In this document: one piece after another, positions 1 to 10,605 of the stretch
Numbering within the stretch: the first letter of the stretch is position 1
How the letters are laid out: the number at the start of each line of letters is the position of its first letter
DNA from: Catajapyx aquilonaris
Lineage: Eukaryota
Assembly (NCBI GenBank): GCA_000934665.2
Contig: JYFJ02002105.1
Location: 1-63,048, forward strand
Length of the DNA: 63,048 nt
Direction of reading: 5' to 3'
The notes under the pieces: generated by a model
What the model was told of the DNA's origin: nothing
The model's input: the letters and a program-made list of their open reading frames with translations, nothing else
The model's database searches: none
Position numbers and translations under genes: made by a program

Positions 1-667
1 CGCATGGCGGGACTAGGAGAGCAACCCCCCTTGTCCGCCATGAATGAGCTTCCGAGACAGCCGCCAGGTGTCAGCCACTTCTACGGGTCTTCCCAATCTC
101 CCATCCCCAATGCCCCCAACTCACTTCCATTTTACCTCTCCGTCCACCTCGAGAAATGACCCATGCGACCAAACAAAAATAAAAACAGAAAAAGATCTAT
201 ATACTGTCCATCATTGTGGCATTGATTTTGCTCGAACCTGGCGCCACAGAGGGCAGTATAGTGAGCCTGTGGCCATCTGGTGGTAGGATTGGAACATTTG
301 GAAGGGGAGACTGCTCGGGAGACTGAGGTTGGCAAGGCTAGGGAGAGGTTGGGTGAAGTGGGCCCCGGTGTTGTACTGTGAGTAACCAGTAACGTGTGTG
401 TGTGAGAGAGAGGGGGTGAGAGAAACATGTGTGTGTGTGTATGTTGGATGTTAGTATTTGGCAATTAAAGGCAGTTTGATAGTAACTGTGTCCTGTGTGT
501 CTCCTTGAGGTGCGGGACGCATAATTTCTAAATACACACATAGTTCTTCCAGGCCGCGACGAATCCAAGAGCTTCGGCAAATGCCGCCACGTGGCTCGGA
601 CTGTCAGGCGTCACTGACTATTATTATGCGGACCAAGATCCAATGGGCTTCGATGAATAATAAGCGT

Positions 668-785
668 GTAGGGCGTGGGCGTGTATCTGCTGAAAGATAG
701 GCCGGTATACGCTGAAGACACGTATACAGGCCTATCTTCAGCGTATACAAGCCTATCTTTCAGCAGATGCACGCCCACGCGCCTA
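668..785. repeat. ~120-bp imperfect palindrome (MITE-like fold-back)
   Basis: Arm 668-717 (TAGGGCGTGGGCGTGTATCTGCTGAAAGATAGGCCGGTATACGCTGAAGA) is a near reverse complement of 734-785. A third partial copy lies at ~805-823, followed by GGTTAGGTTAGGTT at ~838-851. Confidence 0.8.
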
Positions 786-1083
786 TATTTATCCGCCTGT
801 AACCGCTGAAGATAGGCCTGTACCCGCAAGGGAGGAAGGTTAGGTTAGGTTGGAACAGCGTACCTCATAGGAAAAAAATGTTGCAAATCATGTGTTTAAA
901 GTTCCTCTGCCTTTTACAACAATATAAAGTGGGTTTGTCTGCGATGGTGCGCTGCAAACACGACCTCGCGGTGTCCTGATTTTTGTTTTGTTATTATTAT
1001 TACACGCTTTATATTAGCTTCACTTTCTTGTCTGTGAGCGGATGTTTGTCTGTTCGTGTGTCCACCCCTCTCTTAGCCATTGC

Positions 1084-2303
1084 CCCGCCATCTATCGGTC
1101 GGTATTAACGTTAGGGGTGATTTCGCGTCTTCCCACACCATCTAGCGGTTGGGATTCACATTAGGGGTGACTATGCAGCATCAACGCCAGTTGGCGGCAG
1201 TAGTCACGTACCTCCCTACCATCTGGCGGTAGTAGTCACATGATGGGTGAATTTGCAACTACCATACCTACTCGCGGTAGTAGTCACGTGAGTCGGTCCC
1301 TTGCCGCACCATCTCAGCTACTTCCGTCAGCTACTTCCCCCCTCTCCATCACTTCTTGCTTTCCACCCCATTGGGGGGGGGGGGGTTCGCTCCCCAATTT
1401 GCCTATTCACCCATCATGTGACTTCTACCGCCAGATGGTAGGGAGGTAGCGAACACAGCCAATCACGTGACTACTACCTCCAGATGGCGGCAGTAGTCAC
1501 GTGAGGTTGTCACATCGCTACACATCTCCGTCGCTACTTCCTCCACATCATCGGGAGGTAGTCACGTGATTGGCTGTGTTCGCTACCTCCCTACCGTCTG
1601 GCGGTAGTAGTCACGTGATTGGCTGTGTTCGCTACCTCCCTACCGTCTGGCGGTAGTAGTCAAGTGATTGGCTGTGTTCGCTACCTCCCTACCCTCTGGC
1701 GGTAGTAGTCACATGATGGGTGAATTTGCAACTTCCATACCACCAGATGGCGGCAGTAGTCACGTGAGGTTGTCACATCGCTACACATCCCCGTCGCTAC
1801 TTCCTCCACATCATCGGGAAGTAGTCACGTGATTGGCTGTGTTCGCTACCTCCCTACCGTCTGGCGGTAGTAGTCACATGATGGCTGAATTTGCAACTTC
1901 CATGCCTACTAGCGGTAGTAGTCACGTGAGTCGGTCCCTTGCCCCACCATCTCAGCTACTTCCGTGGGCTACTTCTACTTCCCCCCTCTCCACCACTTCT
2001 TGCTTTCCACCCATCTCGTTGTTTCCACCCCATTGATGGGGGGGGGGGGGTTCGCTCCCCACACCATCTAGCGGTTGGTATTCGCATTAGGGGGTCACTT
2101 CGCAACTTCAACGCCAGATGGCGGCAGTAGTCACGTGAGGTTGTCACATCGCTACACATCTCCGTCGCTACTTCCTCCACATCATGCTCCACATCATCGG
2201 GAGGTAGTCACGTGATTTGCTGTGTTCGCTACCTCCCTACTCACATGATGGCTGAATTAGCAACTTCCATGCCTACTAGCGGTAGTAGTCACGTGAGTCG
2301 GTC
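1084..2303. repeat. Complex modular minisatellite built around GTAGTCAC(G/A)TGA
   Basis: Shuffled modules, including a 49-bp unit (GTAGTCACGTGATTGGCTGTGTTCGCTACCTCCCTACCGTCTGGCGGTA) three times in tandem at ~1558-1704, an inverted copy at ~1406-1478 and poly-G tracts at ~1373 and ~2038. Confidence 0.9.
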
Positions 2304-3010
2304 TGTTAGCAATATCCACTCCAGTCACCGGAGTTACTGGCTCTCAGTATCCAGTTCGCTTCCTCCAAACTACAGGGCGGGAGTAAATACTCCAGACTGT
2401 TTTTTAGTGACAAAGTGAAAAGATTACAAATCACAGCCTGGCACCGTTCAACTAATTCCCCATGTACTATACATCTGTCATTCCTTCCACTTGATCACTA
2501 AAAACCAGTTAAAATAAAAATATATAAAAAGCCTTTTTAAGAACACACTTTATATTTCCAAGTGCACTAAAAAGTAGAACATAATTTTCTTCCTCAATAT
2601 TCAGCTTTCTCTTTTACCTTGAACTGAACAGAAGATTCAATACTTTCTTTCCATGGAATTCAGCTACTGCAGTATTGTCTTGCTTTACTTATATTCTTAT
2701 ACGGCCTACATGACGAAAAATAAAGCGTGGGCACTAAATGACACATTATCTACTTCCATGGCATGAAATATAACCATGTACAGTATTAACCTCCTGAGAC
2801 CCCTGGTACAGTATACTGACCCTGAAGTGGACATCGCCTTGTTTTCCGATTCCATGGCGAGTTCGAGGCCACGTTGACTCCTCTGCAAATCACATTGATT
2901 GTCGCACCTGGATCAAACAAAATAATACATGATATTTCTCTTGCGGCGTTTCAGACTGAGCATCTTGCCGCATACCTCTTCATTGGGCTGGAGACATTTC
3001 TACGAGGAAA

Positions 3011-4198
3011 ATGGAGGCAGTATATGGGCCAAATGACCACTTCAACAGGATCCTCGTTCTTGATGTCATGGTCAAGGTGTTCTCCTACCTGTCAACGAAG
3101 GAGAAGTTGATGGTACTTCCTCGAGTCTGCAAGAATTGGGCAGTGGTCGTGCAGAACGACTCGAGGCTGTGGACGACTATGGCCTTGAAGGACGACGACA
3201 TCCCCATAGACATTTGCGTAGCTCAGCTTAACAAGATCCCGTCATTGCGAAAACTGGAGGTGCTGACACGTACCCGCCAACGTTGCGACAACATTTTGAC
3301 AGCTGTGGCCAATCACTGCCCTGATCTGGAGGAACTCGTCTTGCAGAACTGCATCGCCGAAGAAAAAACCATCCAAGCCTTGGTCGCGTCCTGCACTAAG
3401 CTAACATCGTGTGAACTGTCCTGTTTAGGCTTCTGGGAGGGACTGGAGGGACTGCTCTCTGTCTTTTCCATCTGCCCAAACTTGCAGAAGCTGCTCTTCA
3501 TTGATGTCCACTCCGAGCTGCCACTTATATCTGCTCAAGGGATACCTGGGAATTTCCCTTCTCTGAAAGAGCTGACTTTTGAACACCTGTCCGCTAAGTG
3601 GGAGATAGAATTGCTGACCATGATTGGGCCGCAATTAGAAAAGCTTGATGTCACGACGCTGGAAGATGATGTTTGGTGGCTGTTGGCAAATTGTCGAAAA
3701 TTGAAAGTGCTTCACATTGGAAACGCTCATAAGATGTCCAACGAAAACCTGCTTTGTGGAGTCGGATCGATGACCAACCTGCGTGACCTCACACTACAAT
3801 ACGCTCACCGCTTGACCCCTGAGGCACTGTGCCACTTCCTGGCCAGAGAAGTAGTCGTTGGGCGTCTGGAGAATCTGGACCTTATTGGCGTCACCATATC
3901 CGAAGAATGTCTGCGTCTCATCGCAGACAACTGTCCTGCTCTTCGTTCCCTCTCCATCACTTACAATTCCGACATAAGCCTTTATTTCTTCAGAGAACTC
4001 ATATCGAGATTGGTGATGAATCCTCGCCGATTGGTGCGTATTGGCCATGAAGATGCATTTGTACTCCAGGATTTTGTGGAAATTTGCAACCATGAGGACG
4101 GTCCTCAAGTTGAGTTTCACAATACTGGCATAATATATTGTGAAGATTGGAATGACTGCTACATGTTGGATTGCGGCTGTAACAATAAGGACTGCTAG
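3011..4198 (+). CDS. F-box/leucine-rich-repeat (FBXL-type) protein, intronless CDS
   Basis: 395-aa ORF with an N-terminal F-box (ILVLDVMVKVFSYLSTKEKLMVLPRVCKNW...LW) followed by cysteine-containing LRRs (CPDLEELVL, CTKLTSCEL, CPNLQKLLF, CRKLKVLHI, CPALRSLSI). A possible 5'UTR acceptor TTTCAG lies at 2949-2954. Confidence 0.9.
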   Translation: MEAVYGPNDHFNRILVLDVMVKVFSYLSTKEKLMVLPRVCKNWAVVVQNDSRLWTTMALKDDDIPIDICVAQLNKIPSLRKLEVLTRTRQRCDNILTAVANHCPDLEELVLQNCIAEEKTIQALVASCTKLTSCELSCLGFWEGLEGLLSVFSICPNLQKLLFIDVHSELPLISAQGIPGNFPSLKELTFEHLSAKWEIELLTMIGPQLEKLDVTTLEDDVWWLLANCRKLKVLHIGNAHKMSNENLLCGVGSMTNLRDLTLQYAHRLTPEALCHFLAREVVVGRLENLDLIGVTISEECLRLIADNCPALRSLSITYNSDISLYFFRELISRLVMNPRRLVRIGHEDAFVLQDFVEICNHEDGPQVEFHNTGIIYCEDWNDCYMLDCGCNNKDC

Positions 4199-6189
4199 AA
4201 GGTATGGCCATGAAATGCTGGTGAAATGCTTGATTATTATCATGAGTTCTGTAATGCGTAATATGCAGTCCTCTATATGGCTACATGTGGTCCGGCAATT
4301 AGCTTTCTGCTAGAGCACTCACTTCCTATTAAAATGTTTCCTGTTGCAGTAAAATTTTAAAACATTCGTTGATTTTAGCGCTGTACTGTTTGTAATTTTC
4401 TGCTCTTTTCCTTTCTTGAGCTCACCTACAGTATGGTATGAGTATGTCACAATTGCATTATTGTTCGGCAATTCAAATATCATGGAAGCATATAAAACAG
4501 GCATGGGCCATAATTTATAGTTTTTTTTTGTATGCGGGTCTGAAATGTATTATACATTATACAGATATGGGTGATATTTTTGCAAAATATTTTTATTAAG
4601 GATCTTTAAGCCTGGATAAATCATGGAAATGTGTCACATTTTAAGGAGATGTCAAATCAAATAAAGAGTAAGAAAAGACAAACTCATTAATATTTATTTA
4701 TGTTGAAGCCCTGCAGGTTTCGACAACGTTGTGTAGATAACCATATTGTTTCCAAGTTACATCAGGACTGGATGGGATAATTTCCCCGACATTTTATTCG
4801 CATTAGTTACAAACAAGCCGCTGTCAGGATTGTTTTTTGTGTATGTTATGTGCATATGCACTATACCGGCGTTAAACTCTCGATATTTTCTCCTGCAAGA
4901 CATGACTGCATAATTTCAATCTTGGAGTTGAAAATACCTTTATTATACGTACAGTACTGTATATTGTTGCTCATATAATTATGATTGCTTGATCAGACTG
5001 GCTCTCTTTCGAATCACACATGTTATAGATCGCATCAAAAGTAGCATGTTTCTGCGGCTAACTGAAAGTGAGTAAAAGACTGTAGTAAGTCAATGTATTT
5101 GATACTTCTCCTGCTGGACAACTTCAGATGCAACCACAGCACTGGTTTCTTCCGAAGGAACACAAGCCAAGAAGCGTTACCTCTCCACTGCTGGCCTTCC
5201 GCCTGTCTCGATTGCTGCAATCATGCTCCCATTGTGCGACGTATTGAATGAGAATTTTCCCTATGCCTAGCCCCCCAGAAGCCCACATCTTACCCCGATG
5301 GACATTTTTGTGGAGATACCTGTATGTGATGAAATGATGAAATGATCCGGTATCTCCATCACCTACGGAAAAAGAGTGCAACGGTAACGCCAGACATAAT
5401 TCTGTCTGAGCTGGTTAGACATTGAACCTATCTATTTATTATCTATCTGTCATTTCGAATAAATGCAGTCAGAGACAGCTCTTCATTCATTTCGTGCAGA
5501 AGGTAATGAAAAAGAAAAGCAACAGTTGTGTCAGGAAGCTTCCCAGTGCATTCGCGCCTGCAAATTAGGTTTAAAATGTTAACAATGGTAACCCTGGGAG
5601 ATTGTTTACAACTGTCGCTTAGATACGTAACATTAGTTATTATTTTCTAGCCTTCGTTAGTGGTTATATTCATTTGGTAGAAGCTCTCCTCTTATCGGTG
5701 TATCTTCACATCCTGGGCGCACATTGGCACTGTTGGCTTTCACCACTGCACTGGTACAGTATTCAACCGTAGATGATTCCATGCATTTGCAACTAAAATT
5801 AGTGATCAGAAAATATTAATTAATACATAGCCCTATACAATCGATCTTCACTGCATTGTCTCAAGAAGGGGCAGCCAGTTGGTGTGTGAACTCGGGACGT
5901 TATATTTAAAAAATTAATGTGACAAGAAAAGTCGAAACCTAGGCATCTTCCAAATGGCAAAATAATATACAGAACTAGATTCTGAGTGCGTAAGCACCTA
6001 TCACACCTTTGCTTGATACCGTAAGAATGATAACATATTAAGTAATAATTGATGAAATGGTAGCTATAATTATTTCTAAGTTCACAAATAAGCATTGAGA
6101 CACGTTGCTTTTTTTTTGCCACCCCCATACAACATAAAAAATATAACTTAATGCGGTTTATTTTTGGACTCGGCCAATGAAAAGTTAGA

Positions 6190-6915
6190 TAATGTTTGAG
6201 AAAAGAGGGGTATGAAGATTAATGTAGATAAGACTTAGGTATTGGTATTTGAGAGAGGACAGCAGGTTTCTCCTTGTATGTTGCAGGTACGAGGAAAACT
6301 GGTTGAGCAGGTCAACCAGTTTGCATATCTGGGTAGTGTCCTTGAGAGTAATGGTAGAATTGATGGGGAGATTGATAGGAGAGTTAGTTCTGGGTTGAAA
6401 GTGATAGGTGCCACAAGTAAATTTTCTAGAAATAAGGACTTATCTTCTGCCTGTAGGTTGTCTGTCTATTCTCACGTTATTGTTCCTTCACTTATGTATG
6501 GTAGTGAAGCGTGGGTTTGGTCAGATAGGCATAAGAGTAGGGTGTTGGCTACAGAGATGCGTTATCTCCGGGCTGTTTGTGGGGTTACCAAGATCGATAG
6601 GATTAGGAATGAGGAGATTTTGGAGAGGTGTAATGTTAAGGAGACTGTTAAAGATAAGGTGTGTAGGTCTACTCTAAGGTGGTTTGGCCATGTGGAGAGG
6701 ATGAAGGAGGAGGAGATTGTGAAGAAGGTTTATTTGGAAGGAGTAGTTGGTAAGAGGGGCAAGGGTAGGCCTAGGAAGACATGGTTGGACCAGGTGGGTC
6801 AGTGTCTTAAGGGTGTTGCTCGAGACGTTCATGTGTCGATAGGACCATGGACGTGGCTGAGGCTAAGGTTGTTTGTTTGGATATGTGTAAATGGCGTAGG
6901 TTAATTAATGGGTAA
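6190..6915 (+). mobile_element. 5'-truncated RTE-clade LINE fragment (RT C-terminal region)
   Basis: ORF 6242-6904 carries RTE C-terminal motifs: VEQVNQFAYLGS, LMYGSEAW, EMRYLRAVCGVTKIDRIRNEEI, LRWFGHVERM, GRPRKTWLD. The RT core and endonuclease are absent. Confidence 0.9.
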
Positions 6916-7191
6916 ACAATAAATTTCTCCTGTACTTTACGGATAACATTTGTTACCTCAGAGGTCAAAGGTTACCTTCTATGTCGATTACATAATCAGA
7001 ACACAGACTGCCTCGTTACGCTTTGCTTTAATGGCCAACAAGGTAGGAGTACAGCACTCATTACAACATTCTGTCACATATTTCGGATAAATAGAGTTAG
7101 ACAATGTATGTGCCATTGATTTTGTGCAGAAGAGAATGAGAAAACTCAATGAAGTTCTGTCAGAAAGCTAGGCCCAGTGCATAACTACTAT

Positions 7192-7961
7192 TAGTCCGGA
7201 CGTTAAGGGATTCAACCATGCATTTGGTGAAAAAAGCATGAAATTTGGTACAAATGTCCCTGAGACCATACCCTTCAAATTCAGATATGGCGCCACGCCC
7301 GTTTTCGCCCAGGAAGCGGGTTGGCTACCGTGAAGCGAGTGAAAAGTCTTTTTCTGAGCGAACTATGCTTCTTAGGCGGATATGTGCCAAACAAATGTTG
7401 TGGGGAAACATTTATGCTACAAAAAGTATATAGTAACCTTTCCACGTACTGACCGTATTTTCGGAGCTACAGCGACTTGAACCAAATTAAGGGACGAAAA
7501 AAAAAAAGTCAACCGTGCATTGGTGAAATTTTGTAAGAATGTCCCTGAGACCATACGACTATCCAGATATGGCGCCACGGCCGTTTTCGACCTGGAGGCC
7601 CGTAATTGCGGGTTGGCTACCTTGAAGCGAGTGAAAAGTCTTTTTCTGAGCGAACTATGCTTCCTAGGCGGATATGTGCCAAACAAAGGTTGTAGAGAAA
7701 CATGTACTCTACAAAAAGTATAAAGTACCTTTTCCAAGCACGGTCCGTATTTTCGGAGCGACAGCGACTTGAAAAAGACTTTTCACTCGCTGAAGGGTAG
7801 CCAACCCGCAATTACGGGCCTCCTGGGCGAAAACTGGCGTGGCGCCATATCTGAATTTGAAGATTATGCTCTCAGGGACATTTGTACCAAATTTCATGCT
7901 TTTTTCACCAAATGCACGGTTGACCCATTATTCGTCCCTTAACGTCCGGACGTCCGGACTA
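7192..7961. mobile_element. Non-autonomous DNA transposon with long TIRs and an internal duplication
   Basis: Termini TAGTCCGGACGTTAAGGGA ... TCCCTTAACGTCCGGA(CGTCCGGA)CTA. More than 130 bp of the left end recurs inverted at ~7770-7961 and as a direct copy at ~7487-7770. No coding capacity. Confidence 0.85.
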
Positions 7962-7971
7962 TAGTCACAAC

Positions 7972-7997
7972 CAAAGTATATAGAACTATATACTTTG
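7972..7997. mobile_element. 26-bp palindromic insertion with 9-bp direct repeats (transposon footprint or ultra-short element)
   Basis: CAAAGTATATAG-AA-CTATATACTTTG flanked by AGTCACAAC at 7963-7971 and 7998-8006. Confidence 0.7.
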
Positions 7998-8199
7998 AGT
8001 CACAACTACATGAGAAGGTTAACAATGAAGACCCTGCATAATAATTGTTATCGATGTCGCTTAGGTAACATTAGCTATGTTATTTACATTTGGTCAAATA
8101 GTCTGAAAGCGGCAGCTGGTATAGATCGGAGCAGATTTCGCAGTTATTGTGAGAGAGGTAGGCCTACAGATTAGACTGTAGATGATGTCATGCATTCTC

Positions 8200-8274
<75 letters not shown>

Positions 8275-8294
8275 TAATAATAATAATAATAATA
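8200..8294. repeat. (AAT)n microsatellite
   Basis: About 31 AAT units with one interruption. Confidence 0.95.
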
Positions 8295-9462
8295 AATCAG
8301 GGTAGTGATTTGAGCGAGACTTTGACTCTTTGTGGGTTAGGTCTATGTTGCACTGATGGAGAATGCAAATTGAAAGTATATGGTCATTTTGGGAGTTCCC
8401 ATGTGTGGTTTAGTCTCAGGTTAGGTTGAGTTATTAGGTTGAGAAGGGTAACAATAATGAATCTAAGTGATTGTTGTAATTTTGTAAACTGTCGCTTAGT
8501 AGCGTTACATTAGTTATTATTTAACTGGTTATCGGTACCGGTAGCTGTTAAAATAATTTGCTGCTGGTTGTTTCAAAGGGGAACACTACTACCTCGGCGC
8601 CGATTGCACTGTTGGCGTTTACCGTAGGTACAGTATTACTGTATTAGACCTTATATGCTTTTCAGTTAGAAGTAAGGATCAGATAATACGTAATGACAAT
8701 AGGATAGGCCTACATAGTACAGTGCAATCTTCCCGTCATTATCCCGCGTGGAGTGGAAGGGGAAGTGCAAGATGCAAGTGTGTCTCATACGGTCATTTTG
8801 TGAGTTTCCCTGGGTGGTCAGTCTCAAGAAATCTCACTTGACACGAAAGCATATTATAGTCAACCCGATACAACCTTAACTCTATACGCACGGGATGTTA
8901 CGGGTGGATAGCCCGATCTGGGATCGAGCCATGTCGCGGCGAGGGAGGTTACCGCAGCATCACTCCCCAAAGAGCAAATAATATAAAATTATGAATGTTA
9001 GTAAATGCGGAATGATCAGAGCCACCGTACAGTTTACTGTTGCAACAAATGGGTATGAAATGTGAATACCCCACACTGTCGATGGCGTAAACGCAGTTTG
9101 CACGTGATGGTGCTTGCTGTGGGACTGTGGTACGTATAATCAGTCTACCTCGTTGTAGGTCAGGGGCACATCCCATTTGAAAAATGACGTGTTGGTGATC
9201 TTCATCCTACACGTAGCCTACCGGCGAGAGCCTATAACCTAACCCAACTTGGAGCCAGTTGCACCGGAACGATACGAAGATTCGCGTGTCCTTGTCTTTT
9301 ACTAATACCTATAGTTTCATTGTCGCCATTAATATTATTATTTAATAGCCAGTTCAAACCCATACCTGAACCTGAATTTTGCGCTGGTACAAACTGCCCC
9401 ACGCTGTTTTGTATGCATTGTGTGTATTTTCAGTGCATATCTGAAGTACAGCAGCCATAAGG

Positions 9463-9534
9463 ATGACGATTTCTCCTAAATGTATCAGGCGGGAAAATAG
9501 GAATATAAGGATGGCTGAGAAGACACCCATGAAG
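9463..9534 (+). CDS. Small C2H2 zinc-finger protein, coding exon 1
   Basis: Acceptor TTTTCAG ends at 9433, with an in-frame TGA at 9442 and ATG at 9463 (alternative ATG 9511). Encodes MTISPKCIRRENRNIRMAEKTPMK, then a phase-0 donor AAG|GTAAAG at 9535. Confidence 0.55.
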
Positions 9535-9760
9535 GTAAAGTACACCCTCGTGCTACAGCCAAGCTTCCTTTCATGTGAATGCCTCTTTGCTTTGAGCTAC
9601 AAACATATCCTGGGGGTGTGTAACCAGTAGGACTCTAGAAGCTGTTTATTTCCTTTCAACTGACTGGCATGTTCCCTGTTGTGCATCGCTAGAACACAAC
9701 TCTCCTAATCATATGTGGGATGTATAATACTTATTGTAAACCACCGGATGAACATTTCAG

Positions 9761-10036
9761 AAGTGCCATGTTGGGAAGCCAAGTAGCTACGAGTGCCAGG
9801 AGTGCCGAAGCCATTTCCCAACCAGGCAGGGATTCAAGGATCATACAGTGGCAATGCACCCACCAGCACCCCTGCATGTCTGCACACTCTGCCCTGAAGA
9901 CAGGAATTCCTTCACCACAGAGAGGTCCTACATATTCCACATGATGAAGGTGCATGATATTTGGCGATGCGGAAATTGTGAAACATATTTCAAAGCGAGA
10001 CGCGAACTCCTGAAGCATATGAGGAGTCAAAAATAA
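9761..10036 (+). CDS. Small C2H2 zinc-finger protein, coding exon 2 (three fingers)
   Basis: After acceptor ATTTCAG (ends 9760) the frame reads KCHVGKPSSY-ECQECRSHFPTRQGFKDHTVAMH-PPAPLH-VCTLCPEDRNSFTTERSYIFHMMKVH-DIW-RCGNCETYFKARRELLKHMRSQK*. Three Cx2C..F..H motifs; ATTAAA at 10274. Confidence 0.8.
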   Translation, partial: KCHVGKPSSYECQECRSHFPTRQGFKDHTVAMHPPAPLHVCTLCPEDRNSFTTERSYIFHMMKVHDIWRCGNCETYFKARRELLKHMRSQK

Positions 10037-10370
10037 GGAGCTTGGTGAAGAATTCGTTGCAGTTCATTTCCACAGTTGTGGTTTAAATATAGCCTAATTA
10101 TGTTTGTTGGACCATCTTGGCCCTGATGCGCACTCCAATGATTGCAAGCTTCAACAGTACCTTCCGGTAGCTACTTCAAATGAACCGCTTCAATCTCAGA
10201 AAGTTCACTGTCAGGTGCCGGCCACATCGAAGTCTTCATACTACCCTATTTTTTCCTACTTCATAATAGTTAAATTAAATGATATGAAATGATAATATCA
10301 TAAATCATTAGATATTTTTATGACTTGTCTACAATACCAATATGGCTTCTCTCCGGCGCGACGTGAGATT

Positions 10371-10424
10371 CAAGATGGCGGCTTCCTGAGACACTTTTCG
10401 CTGGAATTTGGAGCAAGAAAATAG
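10371..10424 (+). promoter_or_regulatory. Probable ZNG1 non-coding first exon with YY1/Pho motif
   Basis: CAAGATGGCGGC (extended YY1 consensus) at 10371-10382 in a small CpG-containing patch. Donor AG|GTGAGA at 10425 pairs with acceptor TCCCCTCCAG ending at 10600, 5 nt before the ATG. The TSS is not determinable. Confidence 0.55.
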
Positions 10425-10605
10425 GTGAGAAAAAAGTGCTGGTTGAAGTAATACAAGCCGTAAATGATGCATAAACGGTTGCTAAGTATGCCTACTTTAA
10501 TCTGGGGTTGGTTGAAATAACTGGTTGTGTGTGAGCATTCAGGCTGTAGATTAGTTTTCCATTATAATGATTATTATGTTCCACTTTTTTTCCCCTCCAG
10601 TTGCA

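Noticed and set aside
838..851. TTAGG telomeric repeat
   Set aside because: Only about three units, common inside arthropod repeats; not a telomere.
1084..2303. CRISPR-like repeat/spacer appearance and short ORFs in the array
   Set aside because: The apparent spacers are themselves repeated, there are no cas genes and the context is eukaryotic; the ORFs are repeat translations.
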